From the human T2T-CHM13v2.0 reference genome, Homo sapiens: DNA of 64,000 nucleotides. The position numbers were made by a program, and so were the translations under genes. The stretch lies in NCBI RefSeq assembly GCF_009914755.1, contig NC_060934.1; one strand, written 5' to 3'. The notes beneath the pieces were generated by a model. It made no database searches and was not told the origin of the DNA. It saw only the letters and a program-made list of their open reading frames with translations. This document shows, piece by piece, positions 13,306 through 26,193 of this stretch. The stretch's first letter is position 1; the number at the start of each line of letters is the position of its first letter.

Positions 13306-14164
13306 TAAGCCTTAGCTGCCAATGCCCTGGGTCAGCTCACACTTGACCTCTCATTAAATACTGTCCATTGTAGCGAGATTGGAGACCTCACTCACCAGAT
13401 TTCAGATATGCCTCCTGATGCAACAAAACTGACTTCAGACCTCTAACTCCTCACACCTCTTTAGGACCTTGCCCTCTGACAGGCAGCTCCAGTTGACAGG
13501 TGCAGGGAGGGCTGGAAGAATATGGCGACAGGGCAGCATTGAGACCCAAGTACAGCCATTTCATTTCCCTCTTGGCTCTTGGACTTCTCATGTCTGCATT
13601 TGAATGGAGGCCATCAGCCATTGCCAGTGGAGGCTGAGCTGAGGCTTCTAGGAGGAGCCCCAGCACCCACCAGACAGCAGGCAAGGCACAGGAGTGAGGC
13701 AGGGGCTCCCAGCCTGTTGGCAGAGCGGCAGAGCTCATGGAAGTCTTTATTGCCCTTTGTGAAACAGCCTTTTCTCAGCCCTCCTCAGGCTGGAGGTAGA
13801 GTCTTCACTGCAGTCAGAGCCATAAGCACATCACAGCAAAAATACTGCTTGGAGGCCGGGACTTCAGGGGGAAAGGTGAGACTCCAAAAGCTTTGATCTG
13901 GCTAAGCTCTTCAACTTGGTCTGGAAATAGGGAAAATTGTTTTGCACCTTTTGATAACTGTGAGAAGAAAGGAAATGTTCGCTTTACCTCCTGTTTGGTC
14001 TCAGTGACCTCTTTATTTCCTGAATCAAGTTCTCTTGAAGCCCAAGTACTTAACTTGAGTGCTTTTATTTTACAAGACTGAACGGTGTACTCCAACCACT
14101 GGAAAACATTCATCAAAGCCCAGAGCTAAGTTTCCAAACTATGGTGGGATATTGAAACCACTCT

Positions 14165-15150
14165 GGGAGACTTCTTCTTCCAGCCATGATAGAGTAACCA
14201 GACAACCGCTAGGAAACAATGATTTCCAGATATTGAACAACAAGCAATGCAGCACTATGACCCCTGAGAGGAGGAAAACAAGAGAGGTGAGTCCTACAAT
14301 TGTCCCCACCTGGAGGCAGTGTCCAGGCTGCAGCTTAGGAGGGGAAACTCAGCTGAGCCTGGGGTCTTTGCTGAGTGGAGGAGGTAGAGACGGAAATTAG
14401 AGAGGCCAATGTAGCTGGAATTTAGGAAGAGGAGAACTGCAAAGGAGAATTCCAGCAGCCTGCAGGGAACTTCCCAGGTCTTTGCCTGAATACTGATCTG
14501 CACCTGCCCAAGAGAAAAATACCTGAAACCAAGAAAAGAACTTCCAGAAAGTGGTAGGTCACATCATTCAGGAGCTATTTGGAAGCAATTTAGGTTCCCG
14601 CCAGCCCAGGTACAAACACCTTGTCACACATGAGACATCAGGTAGAGTCCTCAGAAGGGTCATGTTGTAACACTGGGACTAAATTAGCCCACATCAGGGT
14701 TTCTAGGCCTCAACACCATGGACATTTTCAGCTAGGTAGTTCTTTGTTGCGGGGTTGAAGGTGGCACTGCCCTGTGCATTGTAGAATATTAGCTGCATCT
14801 CTGGCCTCTACCCATTAGCCACCAGTAGCATTTTCCCCAAGGTTGTCACAACCAAACTGTCTGCAGACATTACCAAATATCCCCAGGGTATTTCAACAAG
14901 CCCAAACAAATCGAAAAAATAAGCCTCAAAAGGGTCAAGCTGTTTTCAAATAACTTAACAAAATCAAACACCAAACAATGTAAGATTCACAATATCCAAA
15001 ATTCAATTTTAAAATTACCTAGTGTGCAAAGAAGCATGACCCATAATCAGGAGGAAAATCAATCACTAGAAATGATGCAGAAATAACAGATGCTGATAAA
15101 ATGAGGAGACAAGGACCTTAAAGCAGCTCAAGAAGGTAGAGGAAAGCATG
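14165..15150 (+). mobile_element. Old L1M 5' end fragment, interrupted by MER20
   Basis: gacttcttcttccagccatgatagagtaacc... and gacccataatcaggaggaaaatcaatcactagaaa resemble L1ME/L1MC 5' ends. Confidence 0.65.
14695..14888 (+). mobile_element. MER20 (hAT-Charlie)
   Basis: cagggtttct...ttctttgttgcgggg...ctgccctgtgcattgtag...ctggcctctaccca...gttgtcacaaccaaa...cagacattaccaaat. Confidence 0.85.
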
Positions 15151-15307
15151 AGCACGAGGAGGGGTGTGGGAGATGAAAGGAGTCACCTGGTAAGTGTTCT
15201 TCCTTGTTTGTCATTGCCAATGCCTTCACGCTGCTCTGGGCCCACTGAGTCACAATGGCCATGGCTGCACCAGAGGCATATGCAGTTCTTTAAAAAGTTC
15301 ACTATGA

Positions 15308-15604
<297 letters not shown>

Positions 15605-15613
15605 TCACTATGA

Positions 15614-15968
<355 letters not shown>

Positions 15969-18900
15969 GACTAAACCCAATTTTTTAAAAGAATGAATAG
16001 AAAAAGGAGATGGAAATGATGATGGAGATTTTGAAAAATATCAGGAGGCATGGCCAAATAGTGATTTCCAAATACAAAATCTTTCTTTGGCTCATTTAGT
16101 GATTAAAGGCATTAGAAACTGTCGCCTGTCAGAGGACAGATGGGTGAGCCTTAGCTGATGCATCTCAGCCTGCACCTACCATCAGAAAGGTCTCCACAAT
16201 CAATCAGGAGATGCTCACTTACATTCACACCATAGGAGATATGAGCACATCACTGAATTCTATGAGGTTTCCCTTCCCAAGCTGGCAAAACCACGCAAGC
16301 TCTGCTACATAGAGAGTCTCAGAAAGTGTCCCTGCTTGCCATGCGGACAGAAGGCAGAGCTCCAATATAGGCTCATCCCATCCTCCAGTTATGGCTACAT
16401 TGATGTCTGAAATTCATCAAAAACATACGCAGGGGGAGACATGCCCTTAACAAACTGTATTTCTCAGAGTTTGGGGCATTTTTAGAGTGTGCAGACATCA
16501 AGTCTTTGAAAATATGAACCCAGGGACCTTCAGCACCCCTCACCACCACCTGCTCCCAATCCTGGTAACTTTCAGTGCAGCAGGCTCTGCTCCTTGTTCC
16601 TATCAGAAGGAAGTCTATGTAAAGGTATGCGTGTGGCTGGATCATCCCTGGGCTGCAGTTCAGCTGGTGAGAGGTGGCTTCTCCAACCATTAAGACAGCT
16701 CAGGACTAAGACCATGGTTTTGGAAAAATTTGAGTCTGTAGGTTTTACACTAAAATCAAGCAGATTTGCAGGACCTCATGGGAAGAACTTGAAATCCATA
16801 AGGTTTTTACAGAAATAAAATCTCCAAAACTCACTTTTGCCAGATAACCAGCCAGTTTCTTTAATCTAGCACCTTTGTGCATTGAGAGTTCATCCCAGAA
16901 ACCCTGCTCATTTGTCAGCCCATTGAGTACTTTGTGGTCAAAGCCCAGGGCAGGTTAACCAATGGCCTTGGAGCTGATAGAAGAGAAGGAGTCACTGGGC
17001 CAAGTCCAAAGGCAGAACCCAGAAGTGCTAATTGGGGTCTCTCAGCAGTTCAGCTTGGGAAATTGAGCAAGGAAGTTTCCTTCTTCCTAAATTTCCTAAT
17101 CTAAATAATGCTGAGATGTCATGGTAGGAATAACATGAAGAATAGTTTAATGGATGAGGAATATTTTAAAATCGGAAATGTTTGCTACCAAAAGTCAAGA
17201 GCAGACCTTGAAGTTCAGAGGGACAGGGGGTGCAAATCCCATCTGATGGTTTTCAAACTTGGCCCGCCCTAGAGCTGAGGAGGCAGGCCCTTCCTGGACA
17301 ACTTGGGGAGTCATGGACACAGTGAGGCCCATCCAGCCCATCAGACTGATTGTGGGTGGGGGCTTGGATCTGGCATTCATTTTAACATTAGTGGCTCGGT
17401 TGTTGGCTGTCAATAGTAGCAGCGTATTGGGCCCTGAAAAAAATGTAGCTGTGACTGTCATATATTTGAAGTTTTTTGTAACCTCCTAAAAAGGTGTACT
17501 TTTTTCATATTGTTTTAATCAGTGTGGCTATAGGAATCAGTGAAGTTTTATATACGAAGAAAACGAGAATGCCAGATCTACCATTTGCTACATAGGGTTT
17601 AAAATGAAGCTATGAACACTTTTGTAAAATGCATAATAATGTAATTCAACAAGTTTTTCTCTCTCTGGAGGACTGGAAAATAACCTCAGTGAAAATTATG
17701 CAATGATAAAATTCTGTCCCCATCTGATTAATTACTTGTGAATAATGACATCTCTGATTTCTTTCAATTATATTCTAATTGCACACCTTTTGCTCCAGTT
17801 GATTGGGCAATGAAGTAATGAACAACTATTACTGAATTTAATTAGCACCATTATTTCTGTGGCCTTTACATCTCTGTTGTGAACATGGAAATTCACACTC
17901 CCAGGGCTGGAACTGGAAGAAGCCAGCCTTGAACCTTGAAAAACCTGTTCCTTCCACACTGTGCTGGCTTCCTTCTGCCCAGCCTGGGGAACAAAGACCT
18001 GGCGTATTTGCCAGTATTCATGGGAAGGCTTTCCTAATAACAGCATCAATATTCAGAAAGGTTACCTTTTCATAAGGCATTAGCAATTTGCATGTTACAT
18101 CTATCAAAAGAGATGGGTAAATGAGCTATATGGGAGTCAATTACAATGTCGTTCATAATTTATTCCATGTACAATAAACAGCCGATCAGATTTCATGCGT
18201 GTTTACTTTCTGAAAAGATAACTGCTTGTGGCTGATACTAGTTGCAGAATACAAATATGTTTCAGAGTAATGTGTTTATCTCACTTTGACATTTTAAATC
18301 TCCAAAGTTCTCTCACTCTCTGTCTTTTTTTTTTTTTTACAAAGTTGTCTCTGCTTGAAAATTAGAGCTTGCTCTCAAAAATAAAAGATCATTCTTACTG
18401 GCCTAACTTGAATCATTCTATTTTAACTCGATGAAGGCACGTCATACATATTCTCCTACAAAACGCAACAGGAAACAAGTAGGAATTTGCTTTTAAAGAC
18501 AGGTGATTGCAAACATACAGAGCTAAGAATATTTAACTCACAGAAACATGCTGTAGTTTCTAAACATGGATACAAATTACCCAACTCAGTAGTCTTTGGA
18601 GCACCAATAAAGTTTGTAAATGCAGACATGTGTCATCGTAAATTAACTTCATCCGATATACTTTCCCCCTCCCCCATATTTCAAAAACTAAAATAAATTC
18701 AGAAATGAAGAAGGCTTTTCCAAATCCCTTAGGGAAGTCTACAAACACAAATGATTAATTTATTAGACCAGATAAAACACCTGAACTGTCTGATGAGCAA
18801 CACGTCCATCTCTCTCTGAGTCAAGCGTGTACCCACTCACCCACCCAGGCTCAGCCATACCTCATATCTGCTGGCTGTCTGCTCAGCCGTCTTCAAGCCT

Positions 18901-21054
18901 TGACACATATGGATGATACAAACTTTGGCTCTTCTCTGGGAGGGAAACCAGTTACTCTTCACAAAATCCATGACCATCACATGGTTTTTCAACTCTGTAC
19001 TAAATGTTTTTATCTGGAAAGTCCGATGCACGGCCGTTTCTGTGTAGCGGGCAGCATACCCCTGCGGATGAGTTTTTGTAGGAATTCCAGAGTGCTGCAT
19101 GAGACTCAGTATCTTGTGACTTTAGCTAGTGAGACTGGCAAACACAATTTTCTTTGTTTAACCCAGGTATTGAGTGCAACAGGAGGGACTTGGGCAGTGC
19201 CCCAGCTCGGACCTGTCCCAGTGTTTTCCAACTCCAGAGCTAGTTGTCTCAATATCCCAGCTACATTTGTGAAGGATGTGGATGTGGGAACCTCAGGGGT
19301 GACCTTTACGTGCCAAAAAAAAAAAAAAAAAAAAAAAAACTTCTTGTTGTGGTCTGTTTCCAGCCTCACGCCTGAGCTCTCGGGTCACTCAAAGTCTTCT
19401 CTGATTTCAAAGAAGTATTTCTCTTTCCACTGCATTGAAGTTTTGAACACAGAATTCACCCAGTTACTGAGAGATTCAATATGTTTGTCAGTCTCTACCC
19501 CCTCAAATCCAAATAAATTATTTACAGGGCTCTGTACAAAGGAACTAGGAGGAATAATCGTTGCTTTTTAGAATTCCTGCTTTTACTTGCCAGGACTGAA
19601 AGGAACAAGTGCAGGCTGCCTACCAATACAAAGAGCGTCCTCAGCCCTGGAGAAGAAAACATTCAAGTGAAAAAGAGAACTCCCAGCGCAGAAGCAGCAA
19701 CAGCTGCAAGAGGGCATCAGAAAAACAGCGCATCACGTGGGGGCTGGGGGTGGAGTCCACTCGCCTAGAAGGGGGCTCTGGTCCTGGGTCAACCATGGGA
19801 AGTTCCCTCACCACCCTGAGTCTCAGTTTACCAGGAGGAAGACTGGAAGGAAAATACCCCATCTGCCACTCACAGGGTTATTGTTAGGATCTGGTGAGCA
19901 AAACAGTGAAACAACAACACAGAATAGAGTCACGTTAGGCATCATTTTGAAAGTACAGTTGCGCGTTCTCTACCCAAATTATTTTGCACAGTGTTCGCTA
20001 CACATATGATAACGGAGATTAACACAATGCTAATAATTATCAGATTCTAAATTTCAAGTCAATTAGAATTGCAGATCCATGGTATATGCCTCACTTTATT
20101 TAATGTTTTGATGCCATTTCTATTAACCTAGTAATTTAGAAGTGAAAATGGCAAGCCTTGGATCAAGGGTGTGTGCCAAGAGGAAGCAGATGACAGCATC
20201 GTGGCTGTGCTCCAAGTCCAGACACAGAACTCTTCTCCACAGGTGACTTTCTCTTGGCAGAGACACCCCCTTGAATAATTAACTCACCTGCCCCACATTG
20301 AAAGCCATGGGAGAGGCTAAAGGAACAAGAGCCTCCAGATAACTTTCCTGAAAACAGAGCTGCAGTCCTAGCCCAGAACTGTGAGACTTCCTGCTGTGGG
20401 TCGAAGCTTTGCATGTCACACTCAGCAGGGCTAGGACTTGGGGGCTAAAATGCTGAACTTCCACCTTCGGAGCAATGGAAGTATTGAAGATGGGAACTAC
20501 AATGAAGGAGGAGACAGAAAAGACTTTAGAGATCATTTAGGCCAACATTCTCATTTGAGTGTTAAAGTAGAAGACCTACAGAGACTAAATGCTGGCTCAA
20601 GATCACACAGTGAAGTGGAGTTCATGGTTCCTTAAACAGAACACAGCCCGGGTCTGCCTGGGGCTCTCCCAAGGATGTCAAAGAGAGTGTCAACACCCAA
20701 CTGATGGCATCCATGGCTGACTCAAACCTGAGAGTCATGCTGGAAACTCCCAGGGAGCTACACCATGGAGCGCCATCTTGGATTTGGAAGCAATGTGATA
20801 AAGAAAGCCATGGGAGACATTTGAGCAATAAAAACATGAAAATTGAACAGGGACACCAAGGAAAGAGGGGATCTGCTTCATGTTTGGGCACAGGGAAGGT
20901 CATTCCCTGTGTCCCCAAAAACGCCATTTAAACCAGCTCCCATTTGTGTCTATCTGCTCCTGTCCAGGAGACCCCGCAAGGCAGATAACAAATAATAAAG
21001 TCTTTTCTTCCACCACTACACACATTAAAGGACCTTGGACAATGCTGAGGCCAG

Positions 21055-21754
21055 CAGGACTGGTCATCAGCTACCCCGAGACCAGGACTGGTCATCAGCT
21101 ACCCCGAGAACAGGACTGGTCATCAGCTACCCCGAGACCAGGACTGGTCATCAGCTACCCCGAGACCAGGACTGGTCATCAGCTACCCCGAGACCAGGAC
21201 TGGTCATCAGCTACCCCGAGACCAGGACTGGTCATCAGCTACCCCGAGACCAGGACTGGTCATCAGCTACCCCGAGACCAGGACTGGTCATCAGCTACCC
21301 CGAGACCAGGACTGGTCATCAGCTACCCCGAGACCAGGACTGGTCATCAGCTACCCCGAGACCAGGACTGGTCATCAGCTACCCCGAGACCAGGACTGGT
21401 CATCAGCTACCCCGAGACCAGGACTGGTCATCAGCTACCCCGAGACCAGGACTGGTCATCAGCTACCCCGAGACCAGGACTGGTCATCAGCTACCCCGAG
21501 ACCAGGACTGGTCATCAGCTACCCCGAGACCAGGACTGGTCATCAGCTACCCCGAGACCAGGACTGGTCATCAGCTACCCCGAGACCAGGACTGGTCATC
21601 AGCTACCCCGAGACCAGGACTGGTCATCAGCTACCCCGAGACCAGGACTGGTCATCAGCTACCCCGAGACCAGGACTGGTCATCAGCTACCCCGAGACCA
21701 GGACTGGTCATCAGCTACCCCGAGACCAGGACTGGTCATCAGCTACTCCGAGAC
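21055..21754 (+). repeat. Minisatellite (probable VNTR), 28-bp unit CAGGACTGGTCATCAGCTACCCCGAGAC x 25
   Basis: Exact 28-bp periodicity; variants only at 21110 (C>A) and 21747 (C>T); no spacers between units. Confidence 0.99.
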
Positions 21755-23199
21755 CAGCATGGAGAGGTTTGCTGATGGTTGGCTGACTGCTAGTGTGAGC
21801 ACTTGTCACAAGCACAGCCAGCCTGTGGTGATTATGGAGATTCCAAAGATCATTAAGGCTATGGGTGAGTTTTCTCTCTCCCTTGACCACAGCTGGTGGC
21901 TGGATCTTAACTGGCCAGTATGGCCAACAAGAGGAAGCAGTAATGTGGCCTTAGGCAGGTCTCTGGGATTCTTGGTCAATAGGGATGGACAGAAGACTTG
22001 GGATTGTCAGATTGAATTCCTCATTATATGGAGGAGAAAATTGAGGCCCAGAGGGAGAGAACCTTGACTGAGAGGTCCAAGGGCTGGAAAGAGCACTGGA
22101 TGGACAATTGGAGATGGGTTTGCACCTAGGCCCTAAGACAAACTAGCAGGTGATTGTGGACAAGACTCCTCCCTTCTGGCTTAAGTTCCCTTTAACCACA
22201 AGCCCCCTAGCTTCTCTGACACCCCTGGGTTCTAGAGTGTGTCAATTTTGACCATGTGCAGACACAGCTCAGCAGAGAGCAGTTCCACCCTCCCTGGGAA
22301 AGGCCTTCCTGTCTGGGTCACTGAGGTGGGGCTGGGTGCAGAAGAATGAGCTGATGTCCTTCCATCTGCCCTCAGAACTGTTGCTCCTCACCCTCCAGCA
22401 GGGCCACAACCTCCACAGTCCAGCCACTGTGCCCTCTTGAAGCACAGCCTCCAAGTAAGAAAACGTGGTTCCTGCTGATGTTCACAGTGCTTGCCTTGCA
22501 GCCTTGGGCGAACTACACACTACCCTTGCTTCAGTTTCCCCATCCATTTAAGAGGATAACAATAGTGCCTTCTTTGATGGGCTGCTGTGGAGACTGAAGC
22601 AGCTGGCACTAGTAAAGGGCTTGGGACAGAGCCTGGCACCGGGCACCTGCCTGACAGACACCAGCTGTCATCACTCCCAAAGGGCAAAGACTCTAAATTG
22701 CCAGACACATCATTTTAATACCAAAGAAGGAAGATTGTTAAGGAGAAGCTGGAACTCAACTGGCCATCCTAAGACCCTATCTCCAAGACTTCCTCTGCCA
22801 TGTAATGCTGCCCAGAACTGGGGCAGGTGGCCAGCCTTGATCTCCTCAAATGGGAAATAGAATTAGCATCCCCGGAGCAGACAGCTGTGAACATTGCGTT
22901 AGGTGGTTGTTGTGTGTGAAACTGTTTTATAAAGTATATATTTTTAAAACTATACAAGTATAGATTTTTAATGCTAGATGCTAGCAAAAACAACTGAAGG
23001 AAGAAGTGCCAGACACAAGCACAAACTAAGCTAGTTCTCATCCAAAGGACAGAAAGTCAGTCACATTTACAGTCACAAAAGAATGGTGGTATTAGGCACC
23101 ACCATGCCACCACATTCACACATATTGCCAAGGACACTGAACGCTTTTTGGTTTGCCAAGAGTCCCGCTCTTCTGGGAACTCTTCCTCCACATCCATCC

Positions 23200-24025
23200 C
23201 GAAGCCTCCCATATGGTGCCCATAGAAGCTGGCCATGCCTCTGACCTCACTGACTGACCATTGACTGGCCCAGGGGTGGGCACCTGGCCCAAATAGGGCC
23301 AATCAGAGCCTTTTGTTTTGATCTAAATATTTGGGTATCCTCCAATTCATATGAAGAAGCCCTAACTCCTAATGTGATGGTGCTTGATCATGGGGCCTTT
23401 GGAAAGTAATGAGGGTTAAATTAGGTCATGAGGGTAGACCCTCATGATAAGACTAGTGGCCTCATGAGAAGAGGAACAGAGATCTCTTTCTCTCCCCCAC
23501 CCCCTCCTCATGAGCATAGAGGAGAGGACATATGGGGACACAGTGAGAGGGTGGCTGATTGCAAGCCAGAAGGAGAGCTCTCATGGGGACCTAGTCCAGC
23601 TGACACCCTGATCTCAGATTTCCAGCTCGAAAAACTGCGAAAGAATACATGTCTGCTTTTTAAGCCTCCCAGTCTATGGTATTTTGTCGTGGCAGCCTGA
23701 GCTGACTAAGACTCTTGGAGAAACACCTGGCTCACATAAGGCCAATCAGAAAAAGTCTGTTCTGGAGAATCTTGATCCTGGAACTGAGCAAGAGTGGGTA
23801 GCTGAGGCTGTGGGCTGGAACACTGCAAGCACTTCTGGCAAGGAGCTGTCACAGAGAGAGGCAGAAGCCAGAAATGGGAGCATGTGGATAGTTCTTGAAC
23901 CCTGGGTTCTACCCGGCCCACATTCTGCATGTGGAATCAATGTGACTATAGTATCTTTACAATACTCTCCCCTTTAGGCTTAAGCTGTTTGACTTAGGTC
24001 CTGTTATTTGCAACCAACAGAGTTT
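23200..24025 (+). mobile_element. Older MaLR/ERVL LTR (MLT1J/K-like) interrupted by MLT1A
   Basis: ggccaatcagagcc motif; 3' end gcttaagctgtttgacttaggtcctgttatttgcaaccaacagag. Confidence 0.55.
23314..23712 (+). mobile_element. MaLR solo LTR (MLT1A-like)
   Basis: aatgtgatggt...ggggcctttggaaagtaat...aagcctcccagtctatggtattttgt...gctgactaagac. Confidence 0.85.
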
Positions 24026-25310
24026 ATGTTAATCTTTGAAAATTCATTCATTTATCAAAGAAGCAGAGGTGAAGTGCTTCTGAGCCAGTTACTGTGCAAG
24101 GCACTGATGATACAGAGATGAAAGGGAGTTCACTGTTCAGCAATGGGACGGATGCCTTGACAAGCAGTTACTCAAAGCACAATGAATGTTTCCTATGAGA
24201 GCATCTGCGTGGTGAGGACACTAAGAAACCTTCATGGGAGAAGGGGTATGGCATCAAGTCTTGACTGATGGCTGCTTTACTGCTGAACCCCCCACAGTTA
24301 GCATTGCATGGACAAAAGTCAGCCATAGGACATCACTTTCTACATACTGTTCATACATTTTGTCATAAAGCATTCACAGCCAAGAATGGAAAAGCACTAA
24401 CTGAAGCCATATTTACTGCAAATAATCAGCACTGTTTATGGAAAATGATTTCCTGAATCTTTTGTGGTTTTTTTCTTAAAGGAAATAACTCAGTCAACTA
24501 CTATAAAAGTTAGATCTCTGACCTTATTAATGTCCTGCAGAATATCCTATTTAATTTCCCTAAATTGGTCCCTGGGGTGACTAAAACTGTTAACATTGTT
24601 AGCAATTGCAATCCAATGATATCAAATCAACATAAATGAGCCTCAAATGTGTTTAGTGTTGAACTATATGGGATATTAATCTCTTACCTCTCCCTTGCCC
24701 CTGAGACAATATGCAGGGCTGTATACAATATGCACTGAAGTATTTAAATAATGAATTATTCAAAAAGAAAAGAAACTGCAGGTACCTGATGCCAAAAATC
24801 ATGCCTGTGAATTCTTAATCTGTTCTCCAATGGGATTAGCATTTAGGACTATGAAAGATATCCTAATTATGCAGAATTTCGGAGTTGATTTTCTGAAGGG
24901 CCTGTGCAGATCTAAAAAGCATTAGGCAACAATAAAAACAGATGACTATGAATTTCTGAATTCATAATTTAGTTTCCCTTACGGGAGAAATGACATTTTT
25001 ATTTATGGGCGCTTTACTCATCAGGTGGGTGCTGAAGTTTTTCTCCTTTCTCCAAGGCACAATGCTTGCTGCAAGCGCATCCATGCAATCATCCTAAAAC
25101 AGATGTGTGAAATTTACAGGGCTGTGTAACATAGGACCGATGCAATGTATTTTTCCTCTTGTTAGTCCCCACCCGCCGGGTTGCTAGAATAAAACAAAAG
25201 AACTGAGAATAATATGGCCAACTAAGGAATCTTTGACCTTTTAATCAAATTAGGAAGAGGATGCAAGTTTGCTTAATGAATTCCATTCCCTTGTTAAATT
25301 TTTCAGCTAC

Positions 25311-26193
25311 GAGGGGGAGGAGCCAAGATGGCCGAATAGGAACAGCTCCGGTCTACAGCTCCCAGCCTGAGCGACGCAGAAGACGGGTGATTTCTGCATT
25401 TCCATCTGAGGTACCGGGTTCATCTCACTAGGGAGTGCCAGACAGTGGGTGCAGGTCAGTGGGTGCGCGCACCATGCCCGAGCTGAAGCAGGGCGAGGCA
25501 TTGCCTCACTCAGGAAGCGCAAGGGGTCAGGGAGTTCCCTTTCCTAATCAAAGAAAGGGGTGACGGACAGCACCTGGAGAATCAGGTCACTCCCACCCGA
25601 ATACTGCGCTTTTCCAACGGGCTTAAAAAACGGAGCACCACGAGATTATATCCCGCACCTGGCTCAGAGGGTCCTACCCCACGGAGTCTCGCTGATTGCT
25701 AGCACAGCAGTCTGAGATCAAACTGCAAGGCAGGGGCGCCCACCATTGCCTAGGCTTGCTTAGGTAAACAAAGCAGCGAGGAAGTTCGAACTGGGTGGAG
25801 CCCACCACAGCTCAAGGAGGCCTGCCTGCCTCTGTAGGCTCCACCTCTGGGGGCAGGGCACAGACAAACAAGAAGACAGCAGTAACCTCTGCAGACTTAA
25901 ATGTCCCGGTCTGACAGCTTTGAAGAGAGCAGTGGTTCTCCCAGTACGCAGCTGGAGATCTGAGAACGGGCAGACTGCCTCCTCACGTGGGTCCCTGACC
26001 CCTGACCCCCGAGCAGCCTAACTGGGAGGCACCCCCCAGCAGGGGCACACTGACACCTCACACTGCAGGGTACTCCAACAGCTGAGGGTCCTGTCTGTTA
26101 GAAGGAAAACTAACAAACAGAAAGGACATCCACACCAAAAAACCATCTGTACATCACCATCATCAAAGACCAAAAGTAGATAAAACCACAAAG
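25311..26193. promoter_or_regulatory. L1 5'UTR with internal sense promoter and antisense promoter
   Basis: CpG-rich 5'UTR; YY1 site CAAGATGGCC intact at 25324-25333; known bidirectional promoter architecture of L1PA elements (activity of this copy not shown). Confidence 0.8.

Noticed and set aside
18900-19571. 223-aa ORF
   Set aside because: Non-ATG start, runs through a poly-A tract (poly-K), no recognisable domain
19594-19893. 300-nt open plus-strand exon candidate (ttgccAG|G...CTG|GTGAGC)
   Set aside because: The second half looks MIR-derived and the peptide is unrecognisable; insufficient support
21055-21754. CRISPR-like array (28-bp palindromic repeats)
   Set aside because: Units are head-to-tail with no unique spacers, there are no cas genes, and the context is primate DNA
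20880-22067. 395-aa and 246-aa ORFs as protein-coding genes
   Set aside because: Length is an artefact of a stop-free tandem repeat; the flanking peptide shows no recognisable homology
25307-25522. 71-aa antisense ORF as L1 ORF0
   Set aside because: Same length as ORF0 but the wrong position and sequence; true ORF0 (ATG 25746) is frameshifted here
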